Shown one piece after another: positions 1-14,939 of a DNA stretch of 64,000 nucleotides. The notes under the pieces were generated by a model. That model was not told where the DNA came from. It saw only the letters and a list, made by a program, of their open reading frames with translations, and ran no database searches. Location of the stretch: positions 232,810,001 through 232,874,000 of the forward strand of contig OZ024740.1 in the NCBI GenBank assembly GCA_964016885.1. The letters run 5' to 3'. Numbering within the stretch: position 1 is the first letter of the stretch; every line of letters begins with the position of its first letter. The position numbers were made by a program, and so were the translations under genes. This stretch comes from Eledone cirrhosa (lineage: Eukaryota).

Positions 1-605
1 ACAATAGCTTTTATTATGACGCTATTCAACACAAAAGGTTTTCACTAGACTCTAAGCTAAGGGATTTTAACCTCGATGTAACTAAAAAACAAAAGAAATT
101 AAATATATTGTATGGCATAAGAGGTGCGGTAGGGGGTTATTTGTCAGCAGATAAATATTACAGCCAACAAGGTTTTATCAACACTTGTATTGTTTTGAAA
201 ACCTCTTAGAAGTAGAGTATTTTTAGTGTTTTAACATTTTACTTGACTTACATTACAGTCAAAAGGGATTATTGATATACAGTTGAGGTGTATACGGGTA
301 CTCAGACAATAATAAACGTATTGTCACTTTCGTTAATGCATGACTAGCGTTTGTAAGACGCTTTCAATATATATTCTATTACTTCGAACCTATATCTAAA
401 GTGTCAGAGAAATGTATGAATATCCAAAGACATTCCACATTCCCTATAAAATATTCGGTTTTCGTACCATCCATATTGTTTTTTAATCAACCTTTATGAA
501 ATAAAGATGTATCGAATTGGGAGAAAAATTATTTATACGTGTTATTTATACTTATTTATACGTGTTATTTATACTTATTTATACGTGTTATTTATACTTA
601 TTTAA

Positions 606-790
606 GGGCGGTGGATTGGCAGTATCAGTAGAGAGTCGGACGCCATGCTTTCCAGCATAGTTACGTCCCTTTACGGTCTGTGTTCAAATCCCGCCGAGGT
701 TAACTTTGCCTTTCATCCTTACGGGGTCGATAAAAGAAAGTACCAGTAATGTACTGGGTAATTGCTGGCCTTGTGCCAAAAGTAGAAACA
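606..790 (+). mobile_element. tRNA-derived SINE, full length (~185 bp)
   Basis: A box TGGCAGTATCAGTAG, B box GTTCAAATCCC, central cctttcatccttacggggtcgataaaa; TSD ttatttatacttattta within a 23-bp minisatellite. Confidence 0.9.
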
Positions 791-1202
791 GTTATTTATA
801 CTTATTTATACGTGTTATTTATACTTTGTTATTCGCTCGTCAAATTTGATGAATCCATCCATTTTCTCGCTTTTGGGAGCTAGATGAGTGAAAGTTATAT
901 ATATAATTTGCTTTGCGAGATTTCTTATCTGAAAACGTGTTGTAACAGGTACGTGACCCTCCCAAAGTATGGCGACATGAACCTCCCAAAGTATAACAAA
1001 ATATATATATACAGTATATATATATATATATATATACTGTATATATATATATATATTGTTATATATATAGATAGATATATATATATATATTCAGTTATTA
1101 GGAGTATTCCAAAGCTTGGTAGAACAAGTTGTGAGGAAAGTTCTCAACATACGTTAAGGTGACTCGACAGGTTGGTAGGGATTCTGTAGTGGAAACACGA
1201 AC

Positions 1203-1745
<543 letters not shown>

Positions 1746-2802
1746 AATATATGTTATTATCTGTTGCTGATTAGGTCCAGATTATCTTTGATGAAACACA
1801 CTTGTGATTAAAGGAGTGAAACCCGTTCTTTTCAGAAATATGTTACCTCCGTCGTTAATTATGTACTTATTACTTCTATTAGAGCCAAGTGTGATTTGGT
1901 GAGCATTTCCGAGCGAATTTTTGCTGGTCAAACAAATATTTAGTTGATTTGCTCGGTGCAAGGATGGTGTAGAAATTATGAAATAAAATAAGAAATATCT
2001 TTGACTTTAATATTAATGTGATTCAGAGATTCAGTGAATACTCAGATACTCAATGATGCGAATAATAAACGAATTTCAGAATAGTTTCAACTACAATGCA
2101 ATTGTGAACTAAGATTAAACGGGTCGAGTGAAACGGTTTAAGATTAAATCATATCAGGCTAATTTCGTTGTTATTGATCAAAAGCTTTGCAGCTCTAGTC
2201 AAGTCATCATCCATCCTCCTTCAGTACTGATTTAAAGAAGATTTTTGCTGCTATTTCTCATAGATTAAGGGACGGCTTCATGACCCTCTTTTTATAACCA
2301 TGTCTATGTTTTCCAGCGTGTTCTTACATTTTTAAGACGATAGGTTATAGGCTAAATTATAGTTATCTGCTATTTGTAGCATATCGAGTTAAGAAATAAA
2401 ATTATAGCTGTATGTGCAAAGTAAATAATTTCAATGGTTACTCTAATGGAAAATGCTACACGGATATTTGTCATAGTATATTTCCTAATCAATACAACCA
2501 GCCTGTCCCAATACTTGGACATAAGCAACCTAGTTTCTACGCCAAGCACATATGCATCTCGCACCATGGTTGCTTCGTATAGAAAGATATCAATAAGAAG
2601 TTCCACTCCACAGTCGACCAGAATCTTCCATAACTTGGAAATCCTATGAACATTATTGCCTTCGAATCAGATAGAGATGAACGGATAAATGTATTGATAC
2701 ATCCCAGAATAATCAGATGAATAGATATGAATGAGAGCTAAGTATGAAGATACATGATATATGCGCAATAGTAGATTGAACATATAAATGTACATGTATA
2801 TA

Positions 2803-2882
<80 letters not shown>

Positions 2883-2885
<3 letters not shown>

Positions 2886-3099
2886 CAAAGTGGGTAAGAT
2901 ACTAGGTGGACCATAACGCACCAGAGTACTCAATACTTAGGGTAGTAGAGTGAGTAATAGGAAAAGAGTCAGGACCCCTACGGTTGAGCTCCGGTCGTTT
3001 CGACAGCTAGATACGAACTAAGCCACCAATACTGGTGGCTTAGTGCGGATATAGCTGTCGAAACGACCGGCGCTCAGCCGTCGGGGTCCTGACATTTTT

Positions 3100-3102
<3 letters not shown>
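2883..3102. mobile_element. Fold-back Penelope-like terminal fragment in (TA)n; family also at 27181-27290, 43095-43232, 47433-47520, 50250-50381
   Basis: ~60-bp arms 2968-3028/3033-3093 with a 4-nt loop. Shared tail ggaccataacgcaccagagtactcaatact. The copy at 43095 keeps a hammerhead 3' half (GAAAC..GUC) on the - strand. Confidence 0.6.
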
Positions 3103-3197
<95 letters not shown>

Positions 3198-5478
3198 CGT
3201 ATGGGTGTATGTGTGTGTGTGTATGTATATGCACGTAGGATACATAAAGGCCCTTGGATGGACTCCACCTATATTTCAAATGTGCTGAATTGTCCTGTTC
3301 ATACTTCGTTCTCCTTGGGAGTGTCCTTATACACAACTCATACATACACACACACACTGACATGTATATATTTATATACAGAAGTATGCGGGTTGAAGAT
3401 ATGCACAGAAGACTATATAGATAGGCACATAAGGAGACATATAGATTGTTAGATACATAGATAGCTTGATAGATTAAATTATCTGTTGCGGGATGGAGAA
3501 AGGGTTTGCAGAACAGTGGGAGCATAAGATAGATAGTTATGAACATAGATAAGGTATGGCAATGATGACGATGGTGATGATGATAGTAGTTTGCCGGAAG
3601 TGAATGATTAAAAGTTGTAGATAAAGAATGAGACAACATAAGTTAAAACATTACTTCATTAGGATGTTTTACCTTAACACAGTTACGCAGGTGTGTTATA
3701 ATGGAACAAGAGACAGAAGGATGTAAGGATAGATTTTTTTTTTCGTCTAACCCACTCCCTCTCGTGCATGTAGTGTTTTTTGTTCTTATATATTATAATA
3801 TAGGTATACTTATGCATATGTGTATTAGTGAGCTTGTGCATATGTGGTCTTGTGCATACGCGAGTGTGTAGTACACATATATTCCGACATATAAACATTG
3901 TGTGAGAAAAATATTCCATATTTACTTCACTCATTTAGCTTTAATCTATCTATCTATCTATCTATTTATCTGTCTCTCTATCTATCTATCTATTTGTCTA
4001 TCTATTTATCTTTGTCTGTCTGTCCAGCTATATTGTATATGTCTGCTTGACTATATGCCGTTGTCTATTATCTATTCACCTAGCCACCACCCCATATCTC
4101 TCTATCTATCTATTTATCTATCTACGCATTATGTGTGTCTCTGACTCACCGTCTATATGTCTATCTGTACGTGTGTATGTCCGTGTACGTATTCATTATG
4201 CTTGTGTTTCTAATTACGTGTAAGTTTTGATTATATTTCACTTCATAGAGCTGATTGATCTACTACCACGCTATGTAAATGTAATTTTCCTTTAAGGAAT
4301 ATTTTAGTTAAAATTCGGTAAATTAACAGAGACAGTAGAATTCTGATGTAGATGACTTGGAGTCCCTTTTTTCGTTACTTTATATACTGGGTTCAAATCC
4401 TACTACAGCTGACTTAGCAATTATTTCCTTCCGGGGGACGTCGGTAAAGATTAAGTTCCTATTAAGTGTCTCTCCCACATAAGGATTCATATACAGATAA
4501 TATTGTATAACTATCATTTTTAGAGGTTTTATACGTCTCACTTGTAATAGACCCTGTTCTGTTTTCGCTCCCTCGAACATCGGCAATATTATTTCATAAG
4601 CTCACTTTCTAACTTTTCCAGTTAGATCATTTTAGATAGTTGACAACTCTCATTTTGCATGTCCGATTTCAATTATATTTTCTTAAAAACATTGATAATA
4701 TTTAAGTACCATATATGGATTAATACCTTCCTTCCATAATATTTGAACATGAATTTTAGCATACGTGATATGCGATGGTTGACCTCTCTCATTTGAAACT
4801 GACTCGGAACAAGCAAGTAACGTAAATGAGGTGTACGAAGTCCTGTTTATAAAACATGTGACTAATCGGTAAACTCAGTGTCGATACGCGATAATACGTA
4901 AATAATTATGCGACGCAATTTTATTATTCTTATTAATACGAATTATGAATTTTCTTAGCATAGTTATTGCTTGAGATAAACGTAATGAGGGATGAGGGGG
5001 ATCATTTCAACCCCAGCATAAGAAAAGGAATAATTTTATTAACAAAAAAAGAATAACACACTAATTTGACACAAGCGGTATCCGAAATCAGGATGGAAAG
5101 GGCCCTTAAAAAGGCAATGAGACTAGCCCGGTGATCTAATGATTCTGCTAAGATACAGCTTCACTAAAAGCATTAATGCTATTAGAAATATATGCCTATA
5201 TATTGGACACCTTTCGTACATACATGTTAAGAAATGGGATTAAAATGTGTGAGGCTGTGCATACACACAAACACAAACACAGACACACATATATATGTGC
5301 ATACACACACACACAAACACAGACACACATATATATATATATGTATATGTGCATATATACCTATATATACACATAAATATATATATATACATACATACAC
5401 ATGTATGTATGTATACACACCCATACAGACTTATCCCCCCACCCACACACACACACACATATATATATATATGTATGT

Positions 5479-5692
5479 ATGTAAAAGGTAAACAGAAATA
5501 ACAACACAATCGGTACAGTATATGAAAGCGATATATTAGGTTAACGTTTGAAATAGCAGGAAGAGGGTCTTAACGTTTCGGACGCTAGTCTTTCATCAGA
5601 AGAAAGAATGAGAAATAAGATAGATTGAAGGCACGGGGTAGAATTGGAAAAAAAGTCTTTAGATAAAAATAACAGGTCCATTCATATTGACA
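5479..5692 (-). mobile_element. Hammerhead-bearing Penelope-like terminal repeat; family also at 7380-7470(+), 7646-7752(+), 28041-28230(-), 45822-45965(-)
   Basis: Near-identical dispersed copies, each abutting a TA/CA microsatellite. Confidence 0.7.
5568..5603 (-). ncRNA. Minimal type I hammerhead ribozyme (same family as 45838)
   Basis: Reverse strand UCUU-CUGAUGA-AAGAC UAGC GUCC-GAAAC GUU/AAGA; one stem II mismatch. Confidence 0.65.
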
Positions 5693-5930
5693 TTTAAGTT
5701 GCTTATCCGTAAGAGTTGCGTTTTGACGTCACGTTGATATACACATGTATACTGGTAAAAGCCCTCCACGATGAAATACAAAGGAGTTTATACGTATGAA
5801 TTACCATGAAGAAGGTTGTTATGGTTGTATAATCATATTTATTGCGTAATACTTATTTGAGTGACACCAATGAACAGTCGTTTTGCAATCATTACAACAG
5901 CAACTGGCACCGCTTTGACATCATTACATA

Positions 5931-6110
5931 TTGGCAGTATCGGTAGAGGGTCGGACGCCATGCTTTGACGCATAGAGTTACGGCCCTTGCCATTCTGAGT
6001 TCAAATCCCGCCGAGGTTAACTTTGCCTTTCATCCTTACGGGGTCGATAAAATAAAGTACCAGTAATACACTGGGTAATTGCTGGCCTTGTGCCAAACGT
6101 AGAAACAATT
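5931..6110 (+). mobile_element. SINE copy
   Basis: Same family; TSD attacatatt. Confidence 0.9.
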
Positions 6111-6377
6111 ACATATTAACACATTTATTCGAAGAAATTTTCGGAAGAAATTTTGGTAAGGTGATGTGCGGCATATTAAATTACCGAAATGTCTACACAT
6201 AATGGTGTTAATATCTGTTGATGTCACACCTGTGCTTGTTGCATAACGGTCATAACGGTTTTACACTGGAGTCTCTAAAATACGTATTGTGTAATAAATA
6301 CTATTATATAAAAATAACATAAAAATAACATGTTTTAACGTTAATTCACACACATACACACATAGGTATGCATACAC

Positions 6378-6469
<92 letters not shown>

Positions 6470-6820
6470 ATACGTGTGTGTTGGTGCGTGAGTGCGGGAA
6501 TGTTTTTATGTATATATATATAGATATATAGGATACGCATAAAAACATACATATGTAAATCAGAAACGTGAGTCACCTATGCAACGATGCGCCTTTCATG
6601 CGTATAACACCTATGGGAAGAAAAGAGGCCACATCGATTATGTGCGCAAATAGGACATTTGTACACATCCGATTGGGTCATTCTTTTCAGCTATGGTCAA
6701 CCCGCAATATTACATTAATAGTACGAAGTTATATAAAGACGACTGTATCGATATAAGAGAAGAGCTTCTGAATGAAGCAGAAATAATGAAGTGATATCTC
6801 GGTGTATATATATATATATA

Positions 6821-6908
<88 letters not shown>

Positions 6909-6949
6909 TATAGTATATAATATATATATATATATTATATAGTATATAA

Positions 6950-7060
6950 TATATGAACATCGTGTGTACATTGCACATATTTACATCAAATATAAAACAA
7001 ACGACCTGATGATTCGTGTGAAATCATATTTGTATAGTAGGGGGAGAAAAAAAGTATACA

Positions 7061-7103
<43 letters not shown>

Positions 7104-7106
7104 TTG

Positions 7107-7147
<41 letters not shown>

Positions 7148-7150
7148 TTG

Positions 7151-7202
<52 letters not shown>

Positions 7203-7310
7203 TTTTTTTCTCACCCTACTATACAAATAATGATTTCACACGAATCATCAGGTCGTTTGTTTATATTTGTTGTAAGTATTTCCATTGTACACACGATGTT
7301 CATATATTAT
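6950..7310. repeat. ~100-bp inverted repeat with a (TA)n spacer
   Basis: 6950-7053 is the reverse complement of 7201-7310; contains CTGATGA..GAAA without a good stem I. Confidence 0.85.
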
Positions 7311-7495
7311 ATACTATAACATATATATATATATACATACATATGCTTAATTTGAAAAATGAATGTGTGTATATGTATCTAAGACTCTCTTCCTGCTATT
7401 TCAAGCGTTAACGTAACATATTTTTACCATGTACTATACCGTTTTATTTTGTTATTTCTGTTTACCCTTTTCACACACACATATATATTTACTTA

Positions 7496-7542
<47 letters not shown>

Positions 7543-7547
7543 GCACA

Positions 7548-7647
<100 letters not shown>

Positions 7648-8230
7648 GCGTCCGAAACGTTAAGACCCTCTTCCTGTTATATCAAGCCTTAACCTAATAT
7701 ATCCCTTCCATATACTGTACCGATTGTGTTGTTATTTCTGTTTACCTTTTACATATATATATATATATACATATAGATGGATATATGTGTGTGTGTCTGT
7801 GTGTGTCATATATCGAATAAAGTTGCGAATATAATTTACAGTCGTGTTTAATTATATATACAATGGTTTCATCATCATTTATATACGAAAAAAAAAATGG
7901 AATATTAATTTTCAGACCGAGAAATATTTCTAAATTAAACTAAATTTGAATAAAAAAAATTTGTCATTTGTATATTTGCTATAAATAAAGCTTATCAATA
8001 TCAACAATAATTTTGAACTATCTTTTTAGTAGTGATGTATTATATGGGTGAAGCGTCATATATTTAACCTGAAAATGAAAAGAAAATATATATTAATAGT
8101 ATTAAAGGGAAATATATTTTGTTTCAAATAGTTTAGTTCCGTGTACTTGTGTACAAACATCTATACATTAATACACACACATATATATATATGTATATTG
8201 GAAAATGTGTGAGATTTTTGGTACATTTAG

Positions 8231-8543
8231 GTATATTTGAAAAAAACGAAAAGAATGACTTCACTTGTAGTGTTAACAAATTCATGATTTAATGTTATAA
8301 TATCGTATTATAATATGATATTATAACATTAGAGTTACGTCCCTTTACGATCTGAGTTCAAATCCCGCCGAGCCGAGGTTAACTTTGCCTTTCATCCTTA
8401 CGGGGTCGATAAAATAAAGTACCAGTAATGTACTGGGTATTTGCTGGCCTTGTGCCAAAGTAGAAACAATTATATTATAACATTAAATCATTAATTTTTT
8501 AACACTGCAAGTGAAGTCATTATTTTCCTTTTTTTCAAATATA
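8231..8543. repeat. ~70-bp inverted repeat interrupted by a truncated SINE
   Basis: aatgacttcacttgtagtgttaa / ttaacactgcaagtgaagtcatt arms. Confidence 0.75.
8331..8471 (+). mobile_element. SINE copy, 5' truncated
   Basis: TSD tattataacatta. Confidence 0.85.
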
Positions 8544-8603
8544 ATGTATATATATGTATATATTTATATGTGTATGTATATATATTTTTATATATATATA
8601 TAT

Positions 8604-8825
8604 ATATTTATTAAAATAATAGATTAAACTTTAAGCAAAGCATCGCTGCTTTCACCCTTAACGGGATCTTCTGAAAATCCCGTTAAGGGTGAAAGCATCG
8701 ATTGTATGCTTAAACTTTAATCTGTTATTTTAATAAATATTTGCTCTAGGGTTCTTATATATTTGATATATATTTATCCTTATCGAACCCTCTTTGGATT
8801 TTAGTCGTCACATTTATTATTATTA
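8604..8825 (+). mobile_element. Fold-back element, CAGAAGA-hammerhead family (also 41555-41745, 50101-50170, 51255-51417)
   Basis: Arms 8604-8670/8677-8740 plus a one-sided tail, flanked by (TA)n. Confidence 0.7.
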
Positions 8826-8826
8826 C

Positions 8827-8866
<40 letters not shown>

Positions 8867-8870
<4 letters not shown>

Positions 8871-9008
8871 CAGAATATTAATAAATGGAGACATTCACAT
8901 AATAAAAATATATGTTTTATTTTGATTATGTGAATATCTTCATTTATTAATATTCTGAATAATAGTAATAACTCCAGAAAACTTCTTTGTAGAGTGCTTT
9001 TAATCTAT
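8867..9008 (+). mobile_element. Short fold-back element with actcca..gagtgctttt tail (family of 52935 and 58696)
   Basis: Hairpin 8867-8961; tail nearly identical to 58929-58966. Confidence 0.65.
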
Positions 9009-9056
9009 TGTAAAACTATATTCATTGAGTAATCAATGAACCATATTAATCTTTGG

Positions 9057-9162
<106 letters not shown>

Positions 9163-10199
9163 GATAGACGTGTCTGTCGTATATTGACGTGTTGATGTTC
9201 AACTGTATTCTTAGTTCAATTTCTTATGTTTATGCCTTAAATGGTATTTTAGTACATCAAGCCGCAGTTAATGCAGATGACAGGATTTTGAGCGGAGCAG
9301 GATGGAATAATTAGTCGGATCTTGGTGTTAGTTCTAAGATCATGAAGATGGATGAGACGAGATTTTTCAAAGTAATTTAAACCTTAATGGCAGGCAGATC
9401 TCCGTTTTCATTGCCAAGCTTTGAAGCCCTCCTTTTTGGCACGGATGACATCTTTGAACTTTACATTGAATCCTCAGGGCACTCGGCATCATCCTAAGCC
9501 GATTTCGACCGTAGTATTCATTATCGAAAACAGAAATTGCATAGCGTAGCAGTCTGCACTCCTTTTCAGTGTCTTCAGTTTACTCAGGGAGTTCTCTGAA
9601 ATTGGATGCAATAGTATCTCCATATCTGTACTGGACTTCCTTATGTTCCGAAACTTCCAACTTTATCCTGTAGGTCGACCCTGCAGTATTTCCAACGCGA
9701 GAGACTGCAGCGTGACTATCCCTTCACTCATTTTCCAGGAACCCGACCCACTAACAGAAATGGGTTCCAATCCAACACCTAACGCATAGTAACCCCCCAC
9801 CCCACCCCCCTCTGCTGCTTTAATGCTAGTCTAATCTTTTCAGGAAGGTACAAAAACAACAACAAAATCAGAAACGCAACTAAAGGTGGAAACTACAACC
9901 CTATGCAACAGTGCCATCACAACTCCTGTCAAAATCTGCTCCCCAAGCAAGAAAACTCCTTTTTAGACATCATGAACCTGGCAAAAGTGATACAAAAAAC
10001 AAAAACCTTCTAACAATCACACAACACCATCCTATGCTATTACCTAAGTGCACCAATGCCCCACATTGCTGTCACAAACACGCAAACACAAAACAAGCTC
10101 TCTACATCAATCAAAGCCAGCTACTACTCTGGCCTCCACATTTTTACTAAAGGCACAAGGTGTCGTAGTTGGACTCTAAGGCCACTCCAAACTGCGCTT

Positions 10200-11055
10200 T
10201 AACATATGACTCAACAGCATTAAGTGTTTTATACACCAGTGCCATTCTGGTAACATACTTATGATGTGAGACTTTAATCTACCCTGTTTGATTGGTCTAC
10301 AAACAGTTTGAAACCAGGCACTTCCACCTCAACCAACGGTTAAGCAGCAACAGAGACATTTCTTAGCTTTATGGATGAGATTGTTTTATCCCAACTTGTC
10401 CTTGGACCAACAAAATATAAGAAAAACATTTTGGATTTAGGGTTTAATAAGCGCATCAACACTATAAATAATATTATAGTGGAAAAAAACTGTTTCTGTA
10501 GCCTCAGATTCCACCAGTCAAAGGTTAAACCCAGTGACCACCCATTAGATAACAGGGATCTTTATAATGCCAACTGGGATGCAATCACTAACGAGCTAAG
10601 ACATGTTGACTGGTCTTACTCACATGCACGCATCTCCACCAACATCAAAACAACTTGGCAGATTTTTGCAGACACTGTTACTAACATACATGCCAAACAC
10701 ACTCCAACCTAAGTGCAGAATCCACCAAAACAGAAAATCTATTATCAGAAAAGTAAAAAGAACAAACAAAAATTGAACAAACTAAAATACCGCCAATAGC
10801 AGCACACACAAACGACTGCTATCACACTGTGCGAATCAATAACATGTAACCCGCAACAATGCATGACGACCATCATAAATAACCAAACAACAGCCGAGGA
10901 GAAATGGGCCATTGAGAAAATCAAACTAAATTCCAAAGTGTTCTTATCATTTGCGAAAAAAAACACGGTTGCTGTCTCCAATGTTGACCCTCTAGTTTAT
11001 TTAAAAAACATGAATGAGATACTACAGAAACAATATTATTCGGTGCTATTAAGTT
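10200..11055 (+). pseudogene. Decayed CR1/L2-like LINE ORF2 (endonuclease C-terminus and linker)
   Basis: Frameshifted peptides [52 protein letters not shown]. Confidence 0.65.
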
Positions 11056-11111
11056 AGAGATGGGCCGGGTCAACACTGGCCGAATCCTATCAAAGTTATC
11101 AAAGTTATACT

Positions 11112-11198
<87 letters not shown>

Positions 11199-11224
11199 AT
11201 ATATGTGTGTGTATATATATATAT

Positions 11225-11261
<37 letters not shown>

Positions 11262-11424
11262 TGTGTGTGTCTGTGTATTTATATAAATATATATACTGTA
11301 TATTTTTATGTATGTGTATGTATAAATATATATAAATGTATATATATGCATATATATATATATATATATATGTGAATATATATATGTGTATATATGTATG
11401 TATATATGTATGTATGAAATATAT

Positions 11425-12017
11425 CTTGGGTTTGCGAGCAAACCCAAGATGCGTTTTAAGGACTACATCAAGATGGCGCTCAAGAAAAGTAACATCCCTT
11501 GTGAGCACTGGGAAGCATGTGCTAACGACCGATCGTATTGGGGGAAAGCAGTGGCTAGTGGCAAGAGTCTATTTGAGGAAACAAGAACAAGGCACGCCAC
11601 ACTAAAAAGAGATGTCCGGAAAGGAATCCCTGTTGGCCTTCCCGAGGGCACTGACCTGACATGTGAGACCTGTAATAGGGTTTGTCTGAGCATGGCAGGT
11701 CTAAAGAGTCACCTGGGAGTGCACAAGAACAGGGAAGCAGGCACCTGTGGAGCTATAAGTGTTCATCAAACGACGACATGTAATGTTTGCGGAAGGGTAT
11801 GCAGGTCGAGTAGTGATCTCACACGACACCTTGGGTCACATGGTACCATGGGCCCAGCACTAGGTGTCAATAATTGTCACAAGTGTAGTGTTTGTACCAA
11901 AGTTTTCAAGTCGCTGGCTGGACTAAAAAGTCACACTCGTTCAGCGCATCGGTAGGAGTTCTCCTGCATGGATATAAAGTAGTGGCCGTACTCGAAAACG
12001 AGTTCGCAGCCACCATG

Positions 12018-12020
<3 letters not shown>
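11425..12020 (+). mobile_element. RTE-like LINE 3' end with three C2H2 fingers
   Basis: [18 protein letters not shown] is an RTE C-terminal pattern; CxxC..HxxxH x3; inserted in a TA tract. Confidence 0.75.
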
Positions 12021-12082
<62 letters not shown>

Positions 12083-12114
<32 letters not shown>

Positions 12115-12350
12115 GTTTAACGTCCATGTTCCACGCTTGCATGGTTTTGGACGGGAATTTTCCCACTTGAGGCAAGCGTGGTTGTCTTGCTCGCATAGGA
12201 CTGTCTGGTGGGTTTTCTACGGCTGGATGCCCTTCCTAACACCAACCACATTTACAGTGTGGGACTGGGATGTTTTTACCGTGTTGCCTACACGGCCACA
12301 TTACAGCGTGGACTGTGTGTTTTTTTGTCGTGACACCTACACGATCTCAT
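12083..12350 (-). mobile_element. RTE-tail SINE/LINE fragment; relatives at ~20040-20270, 36244-36613, 63947-64000
   Basis: (CAT)n-cgtttaacgtcc..gcatgg and ctggatgcccttccta motifs recur. Confidence 0.6.
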
Positions 12351-12566
12351 TTGTTTCGGCCTGGATGTTGTGGCACCAATATAACTTTATATTGAAAGGG
12401 GCGGTGTGGATGGGGTGGGGGTGGTGGGACGGGGTGTATTTTGTTAGAGGTGCCTACTGACTGTAGTAGGTTTTACTTTGTATTTAGGTAAGGCGGTATA
12501 TATATATATATATATTATATATATATATTATATATATATATATTATATATATATATATATATATTA

Positions 12567-12650
<84 letters not shown>

Positions 12651-12661
12651 GTGTGTATATA

Positions 12662-12797
<136 letters not shown>

Positions 12798-13228
12798 TAT
12801 ATATATATTAAATGATGTATGATAAATATGTATGTGTGCCCTAATATATGATTATAACGAATTCATTTCATGTTATGATATCAATCAATCATCCACTTCA
12901 TTGCCGATGTCAACACCAGTATTACCATTATCAATAAGAATGTCGTTATAACATCGTCATCCTCATCCTATAACCATAATCATTATCCAATACCATAATG
13001 ATTAACATCATCATTATTCTCACCAATACCAACAGCCATCACCCCAACGATGTCGACGGCGATCAGCACCTCTATCACCACCTCCACCGCCATTTAGCGG
13101 CACAATACCCGGCGCACTTTTAATTATACAACTTGTGGTGTATGAGACGTTACATGTTACTTCGCCCTTCCATCTACTTCTCCGTTACAATATATCTCAT
13201 GCTGAAATTCCCTCCTTTTTTTATATCT

Positions 13229-13554
13229 TGATAAAATATAGATGCTCCCCCCTTTTTATCTCTCATGTCAAACGGACAGAGAAGTATTTTCATCAGATAA
13301 ATCGGTTTATCTTGATGTGCGTTTATATGTGTCTCACAGCTTGTATGTGTGTGCCTGTATATGCGCGTGTTTCCAAGAAGAGATATGAATACGTTTGTAT
13401 GCGAATATTATGTGTATGCATGCACAATTGGTTTGTGTATGTGTATGTGTGTTTTTGCTTGTTTGAAAAGAATGTAGTGCGAGAGTAATGGAAGAGATGG
13501 AGAGCTTTTATTGTGTATAATATTGTAAGAGAAAAGATGGAAAGAGGGAGATAA
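13229..13554. promoter_or_regulatory. Cluster of WGATAA (GATA-binding) sites upstream of the GATA coding exon
   Basis: TGATAA 13229, TTATCT 13256, AGATAA 13295, TTATCT 13307, AGATAA 13549. Confidence 0.35.
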
Positions 13555-14395
13555 AGACAGTTTGTCGCTAAGATGTAATTGGATTATGAGAGACCGATAG
13601 AGACTGTGACGCGAGGTATATACTGAACGTATACTACAATTACCTGAAGAGAATCTTTTGCTAGTATCTGTAGTATGACAAAGAATCGAAGAGTGTAAAA
13701 AGGGTTAAAGTGAGCGTATAAAGATGTGTAAATAATAAAGAAAATGTGTGTGCATTGTATATAATGAAAGAGGGTTAATGGAAATAATTTCGAGTAGTAT
13801 TTAGTTGTTTCGTCTACTTGGGCAGAGTGATTGATGTAAGTATATATATGATTCTGTGTCGTAATGTTGAAGGTAAAACATATAAAACATTGACAAAACT
13901 ACACCTCAATGACAAGTGTTTCACAGTAAGCAATTGGCTGAAATTAATGCTTATATTTATATTACGTTTCGACCCGTCTGGATTCCTCATCCATACATGT
14001 ATATTTTCATGGTTATTAAATCGAATTAATGTCATCTTGACGTCAGTCAACGTAACGAGCGATCGTATCATTGTGTGGTCACAGGACAGGCAACTCTTTC
14101 TCCAAACACAACCTTTCATCTTAAATACGAAAAACGACACATTGGATGTCGTCCTGAAAACACTATTTTAAATAAAGAGCTGAATTTATACAGCTGAATC
14201 ACATGTAACTCTGTTACAAATGAGGTGACTTGCCAATGAAATATAAACTTTAACCTCACTGAGTTGGGAAGTCTTGCAAACGCTATGGGGGTTTTCCTCC
14301 CCTTATTCGATATAATATATAAAACAGAGATCTAAATGGGCAGTTATGCATATGAGATGTCTATAGAGTATATCAGCATATGATATATATCAGTG

Positions 14396-14457
<62 letters not shown>

Positions 14458-14534
14458 AATGGGGCTATTCAACCCACCTACACAGAAGAAAACATTATAT
14501 ATTTTCACCTGTTTCAAGTTCCAGCAGAGAACAA

Positions 14535-14592
14535 GTGAAGCAATGTCCTGATGATGGCCAGAGCTTGAAATGCGCATAAAAAGTGCTTCTAC
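14535..14592 (+). ncRNA. Hammerhead-like motif with eroded stem I
   Basis: CUGAUGA-UGGC CAGA GCUU-GAAA UGCGCA UA; distal GAAGCA/UGCUUC pairing. Lies in a short element next to (TA)n. Confidence 0.5.
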
Positions 14593-14939
14593 TGGACTCC
14601 TCTAGTCAGTACTGGCCGCCAGCCTTTCAATATTTATAGCTAGGCTTTCAAACAATTTGTTTATCAAAGTAACCTTATAACTTTAGATATTCGAAATCCA
14701 CATACTTGTATGATTCCAGCAATGTCGTTTTTCCAAATGTCAGTTGTGTGTCAGTGCAAATGGTAAATGAAACATTTTTGTAGGTAAATTATTTGCTTCA
14801 TCCAAAAACATTGCAGGGTTTTGATAATAAGGATGAGACTTTGAAGTAATTTGTTTTGTAAAGATATAATTTAATGAATATAATTTGTCTGGTTGTATAT
14901 AAATTCTTTCATGATTCTCTTCCTATCTTTTACTTTCAG

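Noticed and set aside
606-695. tRNA gene
   Set aside because: A and B boxes belong to the SINE head; no cloverleaf, and the spacing is too long.
7000-7036. Hammerhead at CTGATGA..GAAA
   Set aside because: Stems I and II do not pair convincingly; at best a relic.
9230-9780. Possible decayed LINE on the - strand
   Set aside because: Composition looks coding-derived, but I could not recognise a motif.
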